Source: Lytechinus pictus (Eukaryota). From it: a DNA stretch of 64,000 nt. Below, one piece after another: positions 12,701 to 26,817 of the stretch. Numbering within the stretch: the stretch's first letter is position 1; every line of letters starts with the position of its first letter. The position numbers and the translations under genes are program-made. Location: contig NC_087260.1 in NCBI RefSeq assembly GCF_037042905.1, positions 24,242,001 to 24,306,000 on the forward strand, written 5' to 3'. The notes below the pieces were generated by a model, which searched no databases, had not been told where the DNA came from, and worked only from the letters and a program-made list of their open reading frames with translations.

Positions 12701-14150
12701 TCAATTGCATTTTAAATATGGACGTTGCCTTGGTCGTATATTGGTCACCCTACGTTTTATTAATAGTGGATGGCACATCTTTTTTTCAAGCTCTAATTGT
12801 AAAACAGAAAAGGTCATGGACGTGACTTTTCCCAATATATTACTCATCTATTGTGTAGATGTAGACCTTCTGATACACGTAAACAGGAATCCATCAGGTG
12901 CTTGTCCATTTTGATACAATTCAGTAAAGCAACTGAATTTATATGAATTTTGGTGATCACTTTCTTTTCTCCAAGTCCAAGATCATATCATTGTTTGCTT
13001 GCATCTTGATTCTTGAAATACTTGATGTATCAACAATTACAAACTCTACAGTTATTGCCATACATGAGGATGTATTTCCCTTTCAAAATTTTGTTCATGC
13101 ATAGAAGAATTAGGGGCAATCCTTGGGAGACAAGGGGGACTTGCCTCCTCCTCGAAATTTTAAATTTTGAACAGCAGCAGCATATTAGAGAGGGTCGTCT
13201 TGTCCCCCTTTAATAGAGGGTACAAAAATATGAAATCATGACTGAACGGGAATAGGAGTATATGTGGTTATGATTTGATATATGTTCTTTGTAAATTGGA
13301 GGAAGAAAAAGAGAAAATAAAAAAGGGATAATTATATAGAAGATGCTTCAATTCTTCATCTAATTATGAAATCTGCTGCATACAGTATGAAATTCATCAA
13401 ATTTGTTATATAGTGAAAGAGTGCATGATATTACTATTCTAGACCACGACTTGAGGGAAATGGAACTTCAGAGCCAAAGGATGGTTATTGAATATTAATA
13501 ATGCATTTGTCGTCTTAGTATGGCCAAAGCCTCCATATTCTCTGCTAAGTCATTAATATAATAGTCTTCATCCAAAAGATAGTCCATCACAGTCAGCTAA
13601 TAATAGATACCTTTGCTCTTTTAAATGTCAAACATATTGCCTGTACTTTGGGCTTGCGTTTGAATTGTCATGTTTAGAATGAAGAATTTGAGAAGTGATT
13701 CGGAATAAAAGTTCAGACATTTCCTTGCCATATGGTTTCAGACCTGAGTGCAGCATGCTTTTATGTGCTTACTGTGTGCAGTTCATGCATGTACAGGTAT
13801 GCAGAATGTATTATAATAAGTGCAGGCCCATATCATGATGGATATTGAATGTGCACTGAGCACAATGTTGATATGACATCTTAAATTCTATGATGCTTGG
13901 ATGCTCATCTGTCATCTCCATCTGATTCAGTCATATAATATAATACAGTGTTGACTCAATCTTGCTTTACAACACAATGATTGAAGCAATGAGGAGCATT
14001 GACATATTAATATGACTGAGTGATATGTGGGCCATAGGTTTCCGAAGGCCTGTAGACATCATGTAATGTCGCAGGTAAGGTACCTTGTCAAAAGATTGTT
14101 GTACCCTGTTTTCTAGCAAAAACCCCGCTCTAAAGCCACTATAGCCTATA

Positions 14151-14549
14151 GGGCCGTCTGCACCAGCCCTAGTTTTCAAATTAGAGCGCTATTTCTGATC
14201 CGGCAAATTATCCCGATCTGAACAATCTCAAGATTATTTGTAATGGAGACGCAATTATCGTTCTAGTTCGCAGGATTAATCTCGAGATTGCAATCCCAAG
14301 TCAACTTGGGATTATTTGCAAAATAGCTCACTGATTTAATAATTATCCCGCTAATTCGCAGGTACAGATGCACTTGGGATTATTTATTCACGGCGCCAGA
14401 CCATAGTGCATCGATGCCTCGCTCGAGCAGGAATCGCTCTTCTTGCGATGATGGAGACGGGGTTTCTTGAATCTCAAGATTAATTGCGAAGAAGGCCGAT
14501 CGGGCTAAAATCTCGAGATTGAGCAAACTAGGGCTGGTGCAGCACCGCC
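14151..14549. mobile_element. MITE, Harbinger-like
   Basis: Perfect 18-bp inverted repeat ctgcaccagccctagttt at 14158-14175 and 14525-14542; internal aatctcgagatt palindromes. Confidence 0.75.
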
Positions 14550-17500
14550 TTGTGTCATAGTGGCTTTGCTGCATTCCCAGGAATCCCTATTGCTTTGTCT
14601 ATGATGAGGTGTAAGAATTGGTAATGAAAGGCTGCTGGCGGGATTCCTGCAGGAAAGACATAGCTCTGACTGTTGACAAGGTACCCATAAATCCAGTCAT
14701 TTATATATCAAAGGTACTAACTCTAAATTTCAAGGATTTGATATCAATCCAGATTATCTGAAGTAGACAGTACAAGATCTACTGGTTCACTCTAATGTAT
14801 AATTCCCATCATTTGTCAGATGATTATCCAGGTAACTTTGAATTCTAATCTTTTGGGGTGATAGAAATCTGTTCAATGAGGCAAGATTCAACTTGGAAGA
14901 TGTAAGTAACACACATTTGCATACTCTGGTCTGAAAAAGTGCTTCGACTTTGGCATTGTTTAACCAGAGAATTAATTGAAGGTTGATTTGAGCAGAATCT
15001 CTTGTATGGTATATCAGATGTTCTAGATCGCATGCAAAATGCAAGTGGAAAATCATGTCTGAGGTATATATGTGCACTCTACAATGCACAATGAAGTTGT
15101 CTCCCACCCCAATCTATCCCGGTCACATGACTTCACCGCCAAGCCAAAGCCAGAATCCTTTCGCTTGACCTATGTAAAGCACATTCAGCATGGTCTGTCA
15201 TTAGCACATCATTGACCCGCTGCTTTCATCCTGGTGTGAACCGGAGAGGGGGGTATCGGATTCTCCGTAGCCTTGTCGTAATCTCCACCCTGTTGTCAGT
15301 CATCTCATTAGGTGCGTAGAGGGGCCGCGAGATGCGGCCGGCTTACGTCCCATCGTACAACCTTTAGGGGAAAGGTCAGACCTAAATAACTAGAGGGACC
15401 GTGATGGTGAATAGTAATGCACTACCCATCAACAAGTGTGCAGAATCAATGTATTTATGATCAATGCTTGTTAGATCCTCCTCATCTCATCTTGGGGAAT
15501 ATTCAACACATGCATATTTCTTCTCGTATCTACCTTCTCAGTGTAGGCCTACGCATCCATTGCATTTACTTTGTACAGTCACATATTTTATCATATTTTC
15601 CGAGACACCACTTCCTAAAAGCTTTTTAATCATATTGGAATCATTTAGTTTTAATAATATTCTTTATCTCACAGTTTTTTTATCCTCTTGTCCTCAATCT
15701 GTCTACTTGGACTATTTCATGCTCTTTGATTTGTAATAGAAGAAAGCATGTTTTGGTCAAAAAAAGGCTAAATCTGTGATTTTTTTTTTTGGGGGGGAGG
15801 GAATATAGACCTTCATTTCCTTGTCTCTCTTTTCCATGGTATATTTCAACCTAAATATTTGTTAAAGTTTGTGCTGTTTATCTTGAATATAATATTGAAT
15901 ATTCTGTAATATTGAAAACACAGATTAGGTTTATATCCAGGGCACTGTATAATGTATGTTTGTTTTTTTAATCATCTTCCTCATTCTATCCTGTGAAAAT
16001 TTTAAAATATTTAATTTTAGGGCCTTACTTTTTTATATTGTTCATGTTACATTATTTCAGTAATCGAGTTACAACTTACATGTACTCATAACATTTTTCT
16101 AATGATCAAATTCTTCTATCATACCAGTTGTCTTGAGTTTCTATTTTAATTAACCTGTAATTAGAACTCTCACGGTTTCCTTGTCAAACACCTCGGTAAA
16201 TTGGCAACCTCTCTTCTTTGCGTGTGAGAGAGTTTGCTCTTCATAAGTGGCTGTTGCTTCCGTCTCTTTACGCCACTTTGATATGAAACCTATTAAAACT
16301 CAAGTGTCTTTCAAATTTACCCACCATCCATTGCAGACCTTAAGTTGATGCTGTCAACCAATGTTGATTCTCCAGTCCACTCGGTCAATAACACACAATG
16401 TGATTATATTACCCCTGTCAAGCCAGAAAAATCTCATCATTTTCAGACGTAATATTGTTTTCATATTACTTTTATTAAGTTGAATTGAGTCTGTAATTAG
16501 TTGTTTAAAGCCAGTTTAAAGCTTTGTTATAGAGTTGATATTGTGAATGGTATTGAAATATCATCCAACTTTTCAATGATGTTAATCTTTAATTCATTTA
16601 TTACTAGTATTTGACTAAGAATTTTTCGGATATTTAGCACCCTATCTTGGTATGGTAAAGGATGTATGTAACTTGGTATTTGTGTGTTTTTATAGATTTT
16701 GTGTTTAAGATGCTCTTTTATTGCATGATTGATGAGACATTAGCTTGATATGATACAATTATTACCTATGAAGTACATCAATGATGAATGGTTGTCATAA
16801 CAAAAGTGAATTCATGAGTTTTCATTTACTAGTCTAAAGGTGCAGACTCTTTTTTCAAAATGATGCTGCAATGTTACATCGGTAGTTGACTATGGCTACT
16901 AAGATACACAAGGCCTCATAGATGCAGATTGACATCATACAAATTGACTGGAGCCCGTTTCATAAAGCTGTTCGTAAGTTACGAATGACTTTATGCACGA
17001 CTGGTGACCCTTTCTTGTGCTGTATGATATATCCCTGTGTAACTGACTTGTGTGTAAGAACATGAAACACCACCCAGTGCTGTCATGTATTATAATATCA
17101 CACTGGTCTAGTTATATTGCCACTGATAGTGACAGGCAAGGGGTGGTTCATGGGGGGTAATTGCACTGTTCCTTGATGCAAGACTACCTCTCTGGGATGA
17201 TATAAAACAGCTGACCATTCCCCATCAACAAGTCATCACCAACAATCTTTGTCTGACCTTACTGATGAGAGGTCATGCAGAGGTCACTTAAGGTCACCTC
17301 CACCTTCACTGCACTGTACTCTTGAGGACCCAGGCTGATACTGATATGTAGTCTTATTGCACAGACTCTAATGTTGATAACGACCAAAATCTTTGAATCA
17401 AGTCCATCTTTGTGCCGTTTCAGTTTCTGGGGTAACCAGAAGCATAGCTTTATGTTTATATTAGAACTAGATTAGTCTCATATCTCTCTGCAGTCATTGT

Positions 17501-19148
17501 TTCATTTTTGCAATTTCAAGCATACTAGGCCTAGGTTCTACAGCCATCCTTGAAACTGGTCTGGTATGGACAGGACTGGGAGAGATTATAAGTGCCCCTG
17601 AATTTATGATTTGTGGTGGAAATCATTACAGAATTGAATAGCCTCCATGGGATTCTGGTATGTGCAGGAAGGCACCAGTACAGTGAGATAACGTTTTTGG
17701 GTCAAGAATATAGAGACTCTTTGAAATTAGCTTCTTGAGATTGAACTTTATCAAATTGAACGTGCATGTATAGGCTAAAACTCATGAGAGCAAAATGTAG
17801 ATTGGGGTGGGAGGTGGAGGGGAGGGGGATGTGCCCCTTTTGTTATTAAAAGTTGTACTCTTACCTGTGAATGAGATGATCCTTGGTGACGATTAAGTGT
17901 TTTTTGCAGTTCATATTCTTCTCTCCATAACTACATGTAAGTCAAAATCCTGGATCTACAGCTGAGTGATATCAAAGATTTCAATTATGATTTGGATTTG
18001 GAAATCTTTATGTACTTGATCAGGATGAAATCTCATTTTTTTTTCAGAAATTGTTCAAACTAAACAGTTTTTCATATTTTTCTGCTTAATTGTCCTATTA
18101 TGTTCAGTGTCATCTCGCTTTCAACCTCCATGTTTTCCTCCATCTGGATCCCTTCACACCAATGTCCTGTATACACACCCAATAAAATCCCAGTATATTT
18201 TGACTGCATCCACCCGCCTAACCCCAGCAGTGTACCTGTGAAGTCTTACCTTGTTTTCACTCAAAGTCTGTCAACATCTCCATTACCAGTAATCTTTATA
18301 AATCATCTTTGGAAGGGTTCAATTTTCATTCTATTTTCATGGCTAAGTCTTGCATCAGTGTAGGCGTAAGCTGTGCCAATGGAATGGTAATTTGGAAGAA
18401 GCCAGCAGTCTCAAAGGGCAAAGTAATTCATGCTTACCTGTAGGCCTATGTGTAGTCAACAATACCAATCATGTATAGTTTTTCGGTAAATCACATGTCT
18501 ACCCTATATTTTGAAAATTTGTCATCAACAAAAAATATATTAGAAATCACTGATATATCCAATCACAATCGGTTGAAGGTGAGTTCTTAATTGACTTATG
18601 ACATCGTATTATGAGGTTAGGATTAGAGGAATGAAATCAGGCTTCCTTTTTCAGCTTCTTTTATCTTACGTGGTAATGGTATACAATCAAGTGAAATAGA
18701 AAGCAATTGAGGAGTTGACAACTAAATACATGTTCATGTCTGCCTCCCTGACTACTTGTATACACCTGTTCTTATAAGTGCATATTGCGTGCATCGCAGA
18801 AAGCATGCATCATTACATTGAAGTAGGCACACAGTTGTAACTGGAAGCGCAAACATCCACTATGGCAGTAGAAAATCGAACCCTTTCTATTCACCGCACC
18901 ATGGATTCCAACATCACAAATGTCTCATAATTACATCCTCTACCTTCATACCAGCATCCCTGTGTAAACCACAATGAATTACATGTAGTCTTACTTCAAT
19001 ACCTATCTCATGTTTTATTTGTTGCTTTTGTTGTAAGTTCAGACAGTTATGCATAAATTTAGTCACTTGCTCGTCAGATTTGGTCCATCTTCTTCCGTTA
19101 CTTTCCTAGTACATAAGGTTGTTTGAGGGATGATGTTTTCATGTTTAA

Positions 19149-19756
19149 AGGTCAAGTCCACCTCAGACAAAATAATGTTGATTTGAATAAATAGAGAAAA
19201 ATCAAACTAGCATAATGCTGAAAATTTCATCTAAATCGGATGTAAAATAAGGAAGTTACAACATTTTAAAGTTTCGCTTATTTTTCACAAAACAGTTATA
19301 TGCACAACTCAATGACATGCAAATGAGGGAGTCGATGATGTCCCTCACTCACTATTTCTTTTGTTTTTTTATTGTTTGAAATATAGAATATTTTAATTTT
19401 TACAGATTTGACAAGAAGGACCAACTTGACTGAACCATAAAGTGTTAAGGCGATGACAATTCCACGTGTTCGGGGAGGAATGAAACTTTGTTTCAAGGAC
19501 AATGAGGAGAAAATGGGAATAAATCATATTTCATATAATGAAATACAAAAGAAATAGTGAGTGAGTGATGTCATCAGTCCCCTCATTTGCATACTGACCA
19601 GGATGTGCATAGAACTGTTTTGTGAAATTAAGCGAAACTTTAAAATGTCATAACTTTCTTATTTTACATCCGATTTTGATGAAATTTTCAATGTTATGGT
19701 CATTGAATTATTCTCTTTTTATTAAAATCAACTTTTCGTTGGGGTGGACTTGTCCT
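19149..19756. mobile_element. Kolobok-like MITE, family A
   Basis: TTAA on both sides; TIR aggtcaagtccacc / ggtggacttgtcct; long imperfect internal palindrome; homologues at 63115 and 63707. Confidence 0.88.
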
Positions 19757-19919
19757 TTAAGTATGTCTTGATAGGAATAGAAATTTAGTAGATAATTAGT
19801 CAAACATAGATTTAATTTTCTTTTATTGACTTTGGAAATCCTTGTAGTTTTCGACTGTGTTCCACTTCACATTTTCCCCTTGATGCATTTTGATGTGAAT
19901 AATTTCACTATTATATAAT

Positions 19920-19990
19920 AATGAAAATAATAAATAATAATGTGACTTATAAAGCGCCAAATCCACTCTGTAGAGTGCTCAAGGCGCATA
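19920..19990 (-). mobile_element. SINE/LINE 3' tail remnant
   Basis: (aat)n followed by ttataaagcgcc...ctcaaggcgc, the typical reverse-strand L2-type tail. Confidence 0.45.
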
Positions 19991-22900
19991 AAGAGCTAAG
20001 AGTTAAATACAAACGTTTTTAGAAGATTTTTGAAAGTCTCACAGAGGTACATTTTTTATGTCTAATAAACAATGTAGGGGTCCATTCCTCATCTGATGAG
20101 GCCATCCCTTATCTGATGTTTGTTCTTTTATTCATTTTTGAATGGCCTATAAGTTAAATATGAATGTGAAAGATCAGTGAAGATTCACATGTTTCAGGAC
20201 CCATCTATCATTATAATCTAGACCAGTAAAACTGATATTGATTTTTATCCTTTTCTCTCGGCATTAATCTCTGCTTTTGGTTTGTCTTTTATTATTCCTC
20301 TCACTCACTTTGTAAAGTTACAAAGCAAACAGCGCCCTGTAACATAAAGCATATTGATTGATCGTAGCGATGATATTTACAATCGATCCTATACACCAAT
20401 CAATGCAATCAATCATAGAAATCAGCTTTATGATCGATTAATAAGATTAATGATGCAGGGTCCTGATTGATTAATCGTTTGGAGATAATGTGATAGCTTT
20501 CACACTTTGACAGGTTTACCACAATGGGCAGGAGCCCCATGAGTTTTATCAATGAGGTCATGGGAAAAAGATGGCTTAGGTGGACACCAAAAATGAAATA
20601 TATGAGAAGAAAAAAAAACGAGATCACTCGGTGGTTGTAAGTCATGCTGAGCACATAGACAGGGAAAGAGAAACAGAGAGAGAGAGAGAGGGGGGGGGGG
20701 ATGAGAGAGAAAGAAGGGAATGGGGGGGGGGGGGAATTGGTGAGAGAAGAAAAGGAAATCTCAAAGAGATTGATAAAAACAGTGCCCATCGTAGAAAGTG
20801 AAAAATTAGCACAGAGACAATTATTTTGCAACCATATTGATGTCAAGAATTTTGATAGGTGACAAGTGTAGACCTGCATAACAAGATTTTGCAATTTGTA
20901 GAATTTTTCATAATTCTTAAAATGCAACACTTTTTTTTTGGGGGGGGGGGTAGTTCCTATGTCTTGATTATGAAAGAAATAATGTGTTTATATGGATCAT
21001 TCGTCATGGCAGCCAGCACTTTGTAACCCCCATTCCTAATCACCCCCAGACATTCATTGAATTAAGAACATATCATTTATCATCTTCCCTAGTAGGTCCA
21101 TGCCTCAATGGACCGCTTAACGATTGTCATTGAACGTAGATAATGAGGAAATTCCAATGCACCGTCTTGCGACACAGACGTGCGAATTCTGGCACACAAC
21201 ACTTCCTAAGCAAGCACTCAAACTCTCAGTTGAATTTACTTTTCGGAGGTCAAAAAGTGAGGGGTCTGTCAATTTTCATTCTTTTTTGTTTCTCTGTCCT
21301 TCTGTTAGTGGTATAAATTCTCCTCTATTTAGAACAGCCATGGGGGAATTTACTCAAAAAGGTTTGGCGGTGTTACAACATTGTGATTTTGTAAAAGGCT
21401 GTGTGACCCTTACCAGGAGAGCTCACTGGTTGAGAAGAAAAGGCAGACTACAAAATATAATTTCTCTTTAAGTCTATCCATACTCTGGTATTGTGACAGA
21501 ATAAAGTTTGTTGAATATCACCACAACTAAGAATCAGTGTTGTATCAAGTCAAGTGTCAAAATAATTAAAAGTCATTTCCCGAAATCCAGAATTTTAAGT
21601 TAAATAAAACAAGTATCTTCAATCTGTGTCATCTAAACAATATATTGATGCATGGACCTACTACTCTGACGTGATTGAATAAACTTTTTGAGATTATTAA
21701 ATATGGAAGTGCAAACTAATTTGCATAAATTATACTCTTCCTTCCCCCACCCCTTATCCAGTTTGCATTTTTTAATCAATATCATAAAGATGTGAATGAT
21801 GAAATTTATGTTGTCATGGAGACTGAGTTTGAACGGACAGTTTAGAAAGACTGAAACTTGTCATTGGTTCCAGAGAAAATAATATTTCAATAAATGTCAT
21901 CAAAACAATTCATATGGGACTAAGGGGTTGAAGTCTATCCAGCTTATTGAGAGATTTTGTGGCCGTCTTCAGCCTGCTTTCTTTCAAGTCTTCTAGTTTC
22001 AACTTTTAAAATATGCCAAAACTTCCCCCAGGCAGACTGATGGAGTATAATATTACTTGGTAGAACTTGGTGAATAACTGTTTAACGATTATCATATTTG
22101 GTTTAATGCACTTCTACAATATGGGCCTACATTACATGACGTGACAGAGGCCTACTAGCAGTGCTATCAATGCAAGCAGTACTCACTGTAGTACAGATGG
22201 GGTGGGGGCTTTGGGGGCTTCATGACCAAGAAAAAAAAAAGAAAAGGAAAGAGAGAAGGGTGGAATATGATATTATTTTCTGAATACTATGATGGCAAAT
22301 CTATTACAAAATTGGATTTTGCAACAAAAAATGTCAAAATATTTTCTCGCTTGCTTTGTTTTCTTGCAACTTTATAGTAATTATACAAATTTTGCCTGTC
22401 ACACCATATCTGGCCCTTCAAGATTATTGGCTTAATATAGAAATTCAAGTATACTGCATCTACTTCTAGTAATATTGTCTCTAGGCCTATATAAAGCAGC
22501 ATACCTATCATATCCTAATGCAATATGTATTCTGAGAAATTATGTCAGGAGCAATCGTCTCGGGGGGTAAATGTTTGATCAAAGAAAAAGTAAGCCTTTA
22601 CTTCACACTTGACTCGAGCATGAGCATGCTCAAACCATGATCAAACAAGTCGGCTTACCTCAATGCAAATTGGAAAAGAAGGGAACCAAATTTGCTCAAC
22701 ATTCGCAAGTGGAGAAAAAGAAATTGATAAATGGTGCAATGCAAACATTGATGAACACCATTCTACCTTTCCATTTGTCTGATTCTTTCTTGCTCCACTT
22801 GCCTTTGTCTGCTTACTAGGGAATTCTTTTTGTTGAGGGCCAGTTTCCTGCATAGCTGGTGCGGTAGGGTTCCCTTTCAGCACCTATCGCAGGTGTGAGA

Positions 22901-25838
22901 GGGGTTGAACAGGTGTCAAATCTGACCTGTATTTCTCAAGAATAAACCCTAAATTTCTAACCCTTCTCTGTCTGTTATTTATACGCTTGGCTGGACTTTT
23001 TTTTTGTGGGGGGGGGGGGACTTACTCTACAACTAAGTAAGATTTACATTTCCTATAGGCTTTACATGTACATACGTTTCTAAATTCAGTCAGAAATGAA
23101 CTTTCTATACTTTCAAAAGTGTGTAATGTAATTGAAAAAGTGCATGAAATTTTGCAATCTTTTGTCCCTTTTAAGGTGTTACTTTCATAAACGTGGTATA
23201 TAGGCCTGTACGTGTAGTTCTTTCTCAAGTTAGTTTCAGATTCATGTCTCTACTTGTCGTGGTATTATTGAGGCATCTATTCTGAGTAAAATATAGTCTT
23301 CCCTCTTCCGTCAAATTGCATCATCAAAGTAAACACATTACTTAGATCTTTATTCTTCAAGAGATTATTGTTTGCAAAGATTCTTGTATTTGTCTTTTTT
23401 CTGTCTTTGTCTCTTTCTCTTGCTTTATTTTTTTACTATTCCGTATCAGCACGCCCTCTTGAGACGAGTAAGAGAGAGGTGCTCTCCAAGTTCAGCCAAC
23501 AGCATGATGAATAATGAAATGCAGTGTCTCCGATTCCTGGGTTTTTAAGAAATTTAACAGGGAATCGACTCAAATTACATACAGCATCTTCAAAATCATG
23601 AATATTATTGCATCCCATTGGATTATATTTCATCATTTAACGCTTGATTTTCTCTCGAAATAACAGGTTTTACTTTAGTCACCGTCTAAATATTGGCATT
23701 CTGGGTAATTGGAGTTCGGCTGGGTATGTGTCAAATGTTGCACATTCTGCAGATGCAAATCTGGATACCAGCATCCGGAAGATGTTTTTGGTTGCTAGGG
23801 GCGACAGAAATGCAATGTTGGACTCTAAGAAGGGAATCCGTCACCATGTTCTGGTGTCATGTATACTCAATTGATCCGTAAATGGGGAAATGTCAACCAA
23901 GCGAGCCTAGTCTGTGTGTTTAATTTCAAAAAGACAATATGCATTTGACATCCATGCATAGAGACATGAGGGATAAGACATTGTTATGAGGACATGATGA
24001 AATTTAAAACTAGGCAAGGGAGGCAACCATTGTTATGAAAACCTTTATTATTATTACTATTTCACATTCATGCAATCAGCAGTATCAGATCATGCAGTGT
24101 CTTTAATTAGTGGTCCCTCTTCATATTTCGTTTACTGGAATTAATTCCCTTTTATTGCTTGACTGTTTAGTGAAACTCTTCTAAGAAAACTATATTCAGG
24201 TGTCTGTAGGCCTTATTAAGGTCACGAATCGAATTGGTTTGTTTCGCAGACAACGGTATTGATTTCCCTGTGGGTGGGTTTGGTTACTGAGCTGTTACTG
24301 TTTATTAATTCGAAGAATCGCTATGTTGTACCGAGAGTGAAGTTTGGGTTGTTGGAGTGAGATGAAGGAAGATTGGGTAGTGAGAAGATTGGACTACTGA
24401 TTGTTATCTTTATTTCTTGAGTCCACCATTATTTGGTGGGAAAACCCAAGAATCCAGTAAAACATTTGTATAAAAAGCTACAGGTATGTTCAGTATAAAA
24501 AAATGATAACATGTACATTGAATATTAGGACAATTCTTATTCCTCCTGTACATTACTGAGGGATTGCCGAAAATCATCCACAATTTTACACAATGAGGTC
24601 TAACCAGGGAAGTAGTCCTGAGTTCCTTGGTGTAACGTTCTAGTTTCTTATTTGTCTATGTGCACTATTACAGGTAGAAACACTCATTGTGTATATCACT
24701 GTACTTCTCCCTTCCATTTTGAGTGAAACAGCTAATGCACTCATCTCTCTCAAAATCTAATTAACCTTTATTTTAGAATTAATTATTCAGAAGCATCGCT
24801 AATAACTGGCTTGTCGATCCCAATTTGGAAAAAGCTGTCGCAATTGTAGCAGTTATTACATGTAGGCGTGCGTGTAGCTATTTTGTAGCGTCTTTCATTT
24901 CCCTTGAATTACAACATGTCCTGTCATTGTTTTATGTAACTACAGACCTACATGTATAAGGAGGTGATAATTGTTTTCATATGCTGAAACCTGTTGCTTA
25001 TTTGCTAATCTCTTAGAAAAGGAATACATTGTCTGTGTCCAGTTTAGTTTCAAAGTAATGGTCATGCATGTGACCATCTGTTTGGAAAGCCAGAGCATAC
25101 ATGTACATATTCTTTGTTAAATTCTTAAATTATCAAAGTATAAAATGAGGCAAAACTAGAAAATATGTATTTTTTTATATTTAAAATGAATAATGAGAGC
25201 TAAAATGAAGCAAATATGAATCTTTCAGATATTGGTTCTATGATCATTAAAATGATTTGTGAAGTGTACTGAGCCATAAATTGTGGGGTTTCAAATAAAG
25301 ACCACCCTGCTATTTAGTATAAGGTCATTCTTTATTCCAAATAATGAAAATAAGAACAAATTGGAAGTGGAATAATTGATGATATTTCCGAGACATAAAT
25401 TTGTATGATTTATTGTCCATTTCTAGACTATAAAGATGGTAAGTAATTTGAGAGTACTGATAATATGACTCTGTCCTTGGATGTGGAATGAATGGTACTT
25501 CTTAAATAGAACTGACAAGAGTGGTCAAAATTAATTTCTGACCAAATTTTATTGGTCTTAGTGGAATGTCAACTGAAAGTTAAAGAGGCCTTGGCTGGCA
25601 TACAAGGTATGATTCACTCTTTAACAGGTGTCATGACTAAATTCAAGTTTTTTCATGTTCAGAACTATATTTAAAACCATGAGCCAGAAAGCTTTGTACC
25701 GTTTCTAACCAGAGTTGGCAAGCTCTGGTGGAGCTGCGCCACCCTTTTATCCCAAATTCTTAATTAAAAATGTTTTACAACTTCTAAATTTTGGCCAGAG
25801 ATTTTCTGATCAAAAATTAATTTTGCAACATGTAACTA

Positions 25839-26817
25839 TTTTTGTCTCACCTGCATAGCAGAGTGAGACTATAGGCGCCGCTTTTCCGACGGCGACGGCG
25901 GCGGCGGCGGCGGCGGCGGCGACGGCGGCGTCAACACCAAATCTTAACCTGAGGTTAAGTTTTTGAAATGACAGCATAACTTAGAAAGTATATGGACCTA
26001 GTTCATGAAACTTGGCCATAAGGTTAATCAAGTATTACTGAACATCCTGCCTGAGTTTCATGTCACATGACCAAGGTCAAAGGTCATTTAGGGTCAATGA
26101 ACTTAGACCATGTTGGGGGAATCAACATCAAAATCTTAACCTAAGGTTAAGTTTTTGAAATGTCATCATAACTTAGAAAATATATGGACCTAGTTCATGA
26201 AACTTATACATAAGGTTAATCAAGTATCACTGAACATCCTGCATGAGTTTCACATCACATGACCAAGGTCAAAGGTCATTTAGGGTCAATGAACTTTGGC
26301 CGAATTGGGGGTATCTGTTGAATTACCATCATAACTTTGAAAGTTTATGGATCTGATTCATGAAACTTGGACATAATAGTAATCAAGTATTACTGAACAT
26401 CCTGTGCAAGTTTCAGGTTACATGATCAAGGTCAAAGGTCATTTAGGGTCAATGAACTTTGGCCAAATTGGGGTATTTGTTGAATTACAGCCATAAATTT
26501 GAAAGTGTGTTGGTCTAGTTCATAAAACTTGGACATAATAGTAATCAAGTATCACTGAACATCCTGTGCGAGTTTCAGGTCACATGATCAAGGTCAAAGG
26601 TCATGTAAGGTCAAAGAACTTTGGCCACGTTGGGGGTATTTGTTGAATTGCCATCATATCTCTATAAGTGTATTGGTCTAGTTCATAAAACATGGAAATA
26701 AGAGTAACCAAGTATCACTGAACATCTTGTGCGAGTTATAGTAGTTTTCAAAATCAGCACTGCTGCTATATTGAATCGCGTGATGCAGGTGAGACGGCCA
26801 GAGGCATTCCACTTGTT
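25839..26817 (+). mobile_element. Non-autonomous Helentron (HINE) with internal tandem array
   Basis: 5' T-run, 13-bp subterminal IR gtctcacctgcat (25844-25856) / atgcaggtgagac (26783-26795), nearby partial IR gtgagac, (GGC)n microsatellite, five repeat units starting near 26004, 26196, 26359, 26521, 26684 (period 192 then ~163), short 3' stem gcc-aga-ggc and cttgtt end; no TSD. Confidence 0.88.

Noticed and set aside
20409-20930. 173-aa minus-strand ORF and other 60-130-aa ORFs
   Set aside because: They span GA/G microsatellites or lack recognisable domains and splice support; consistent with chance ORFs.
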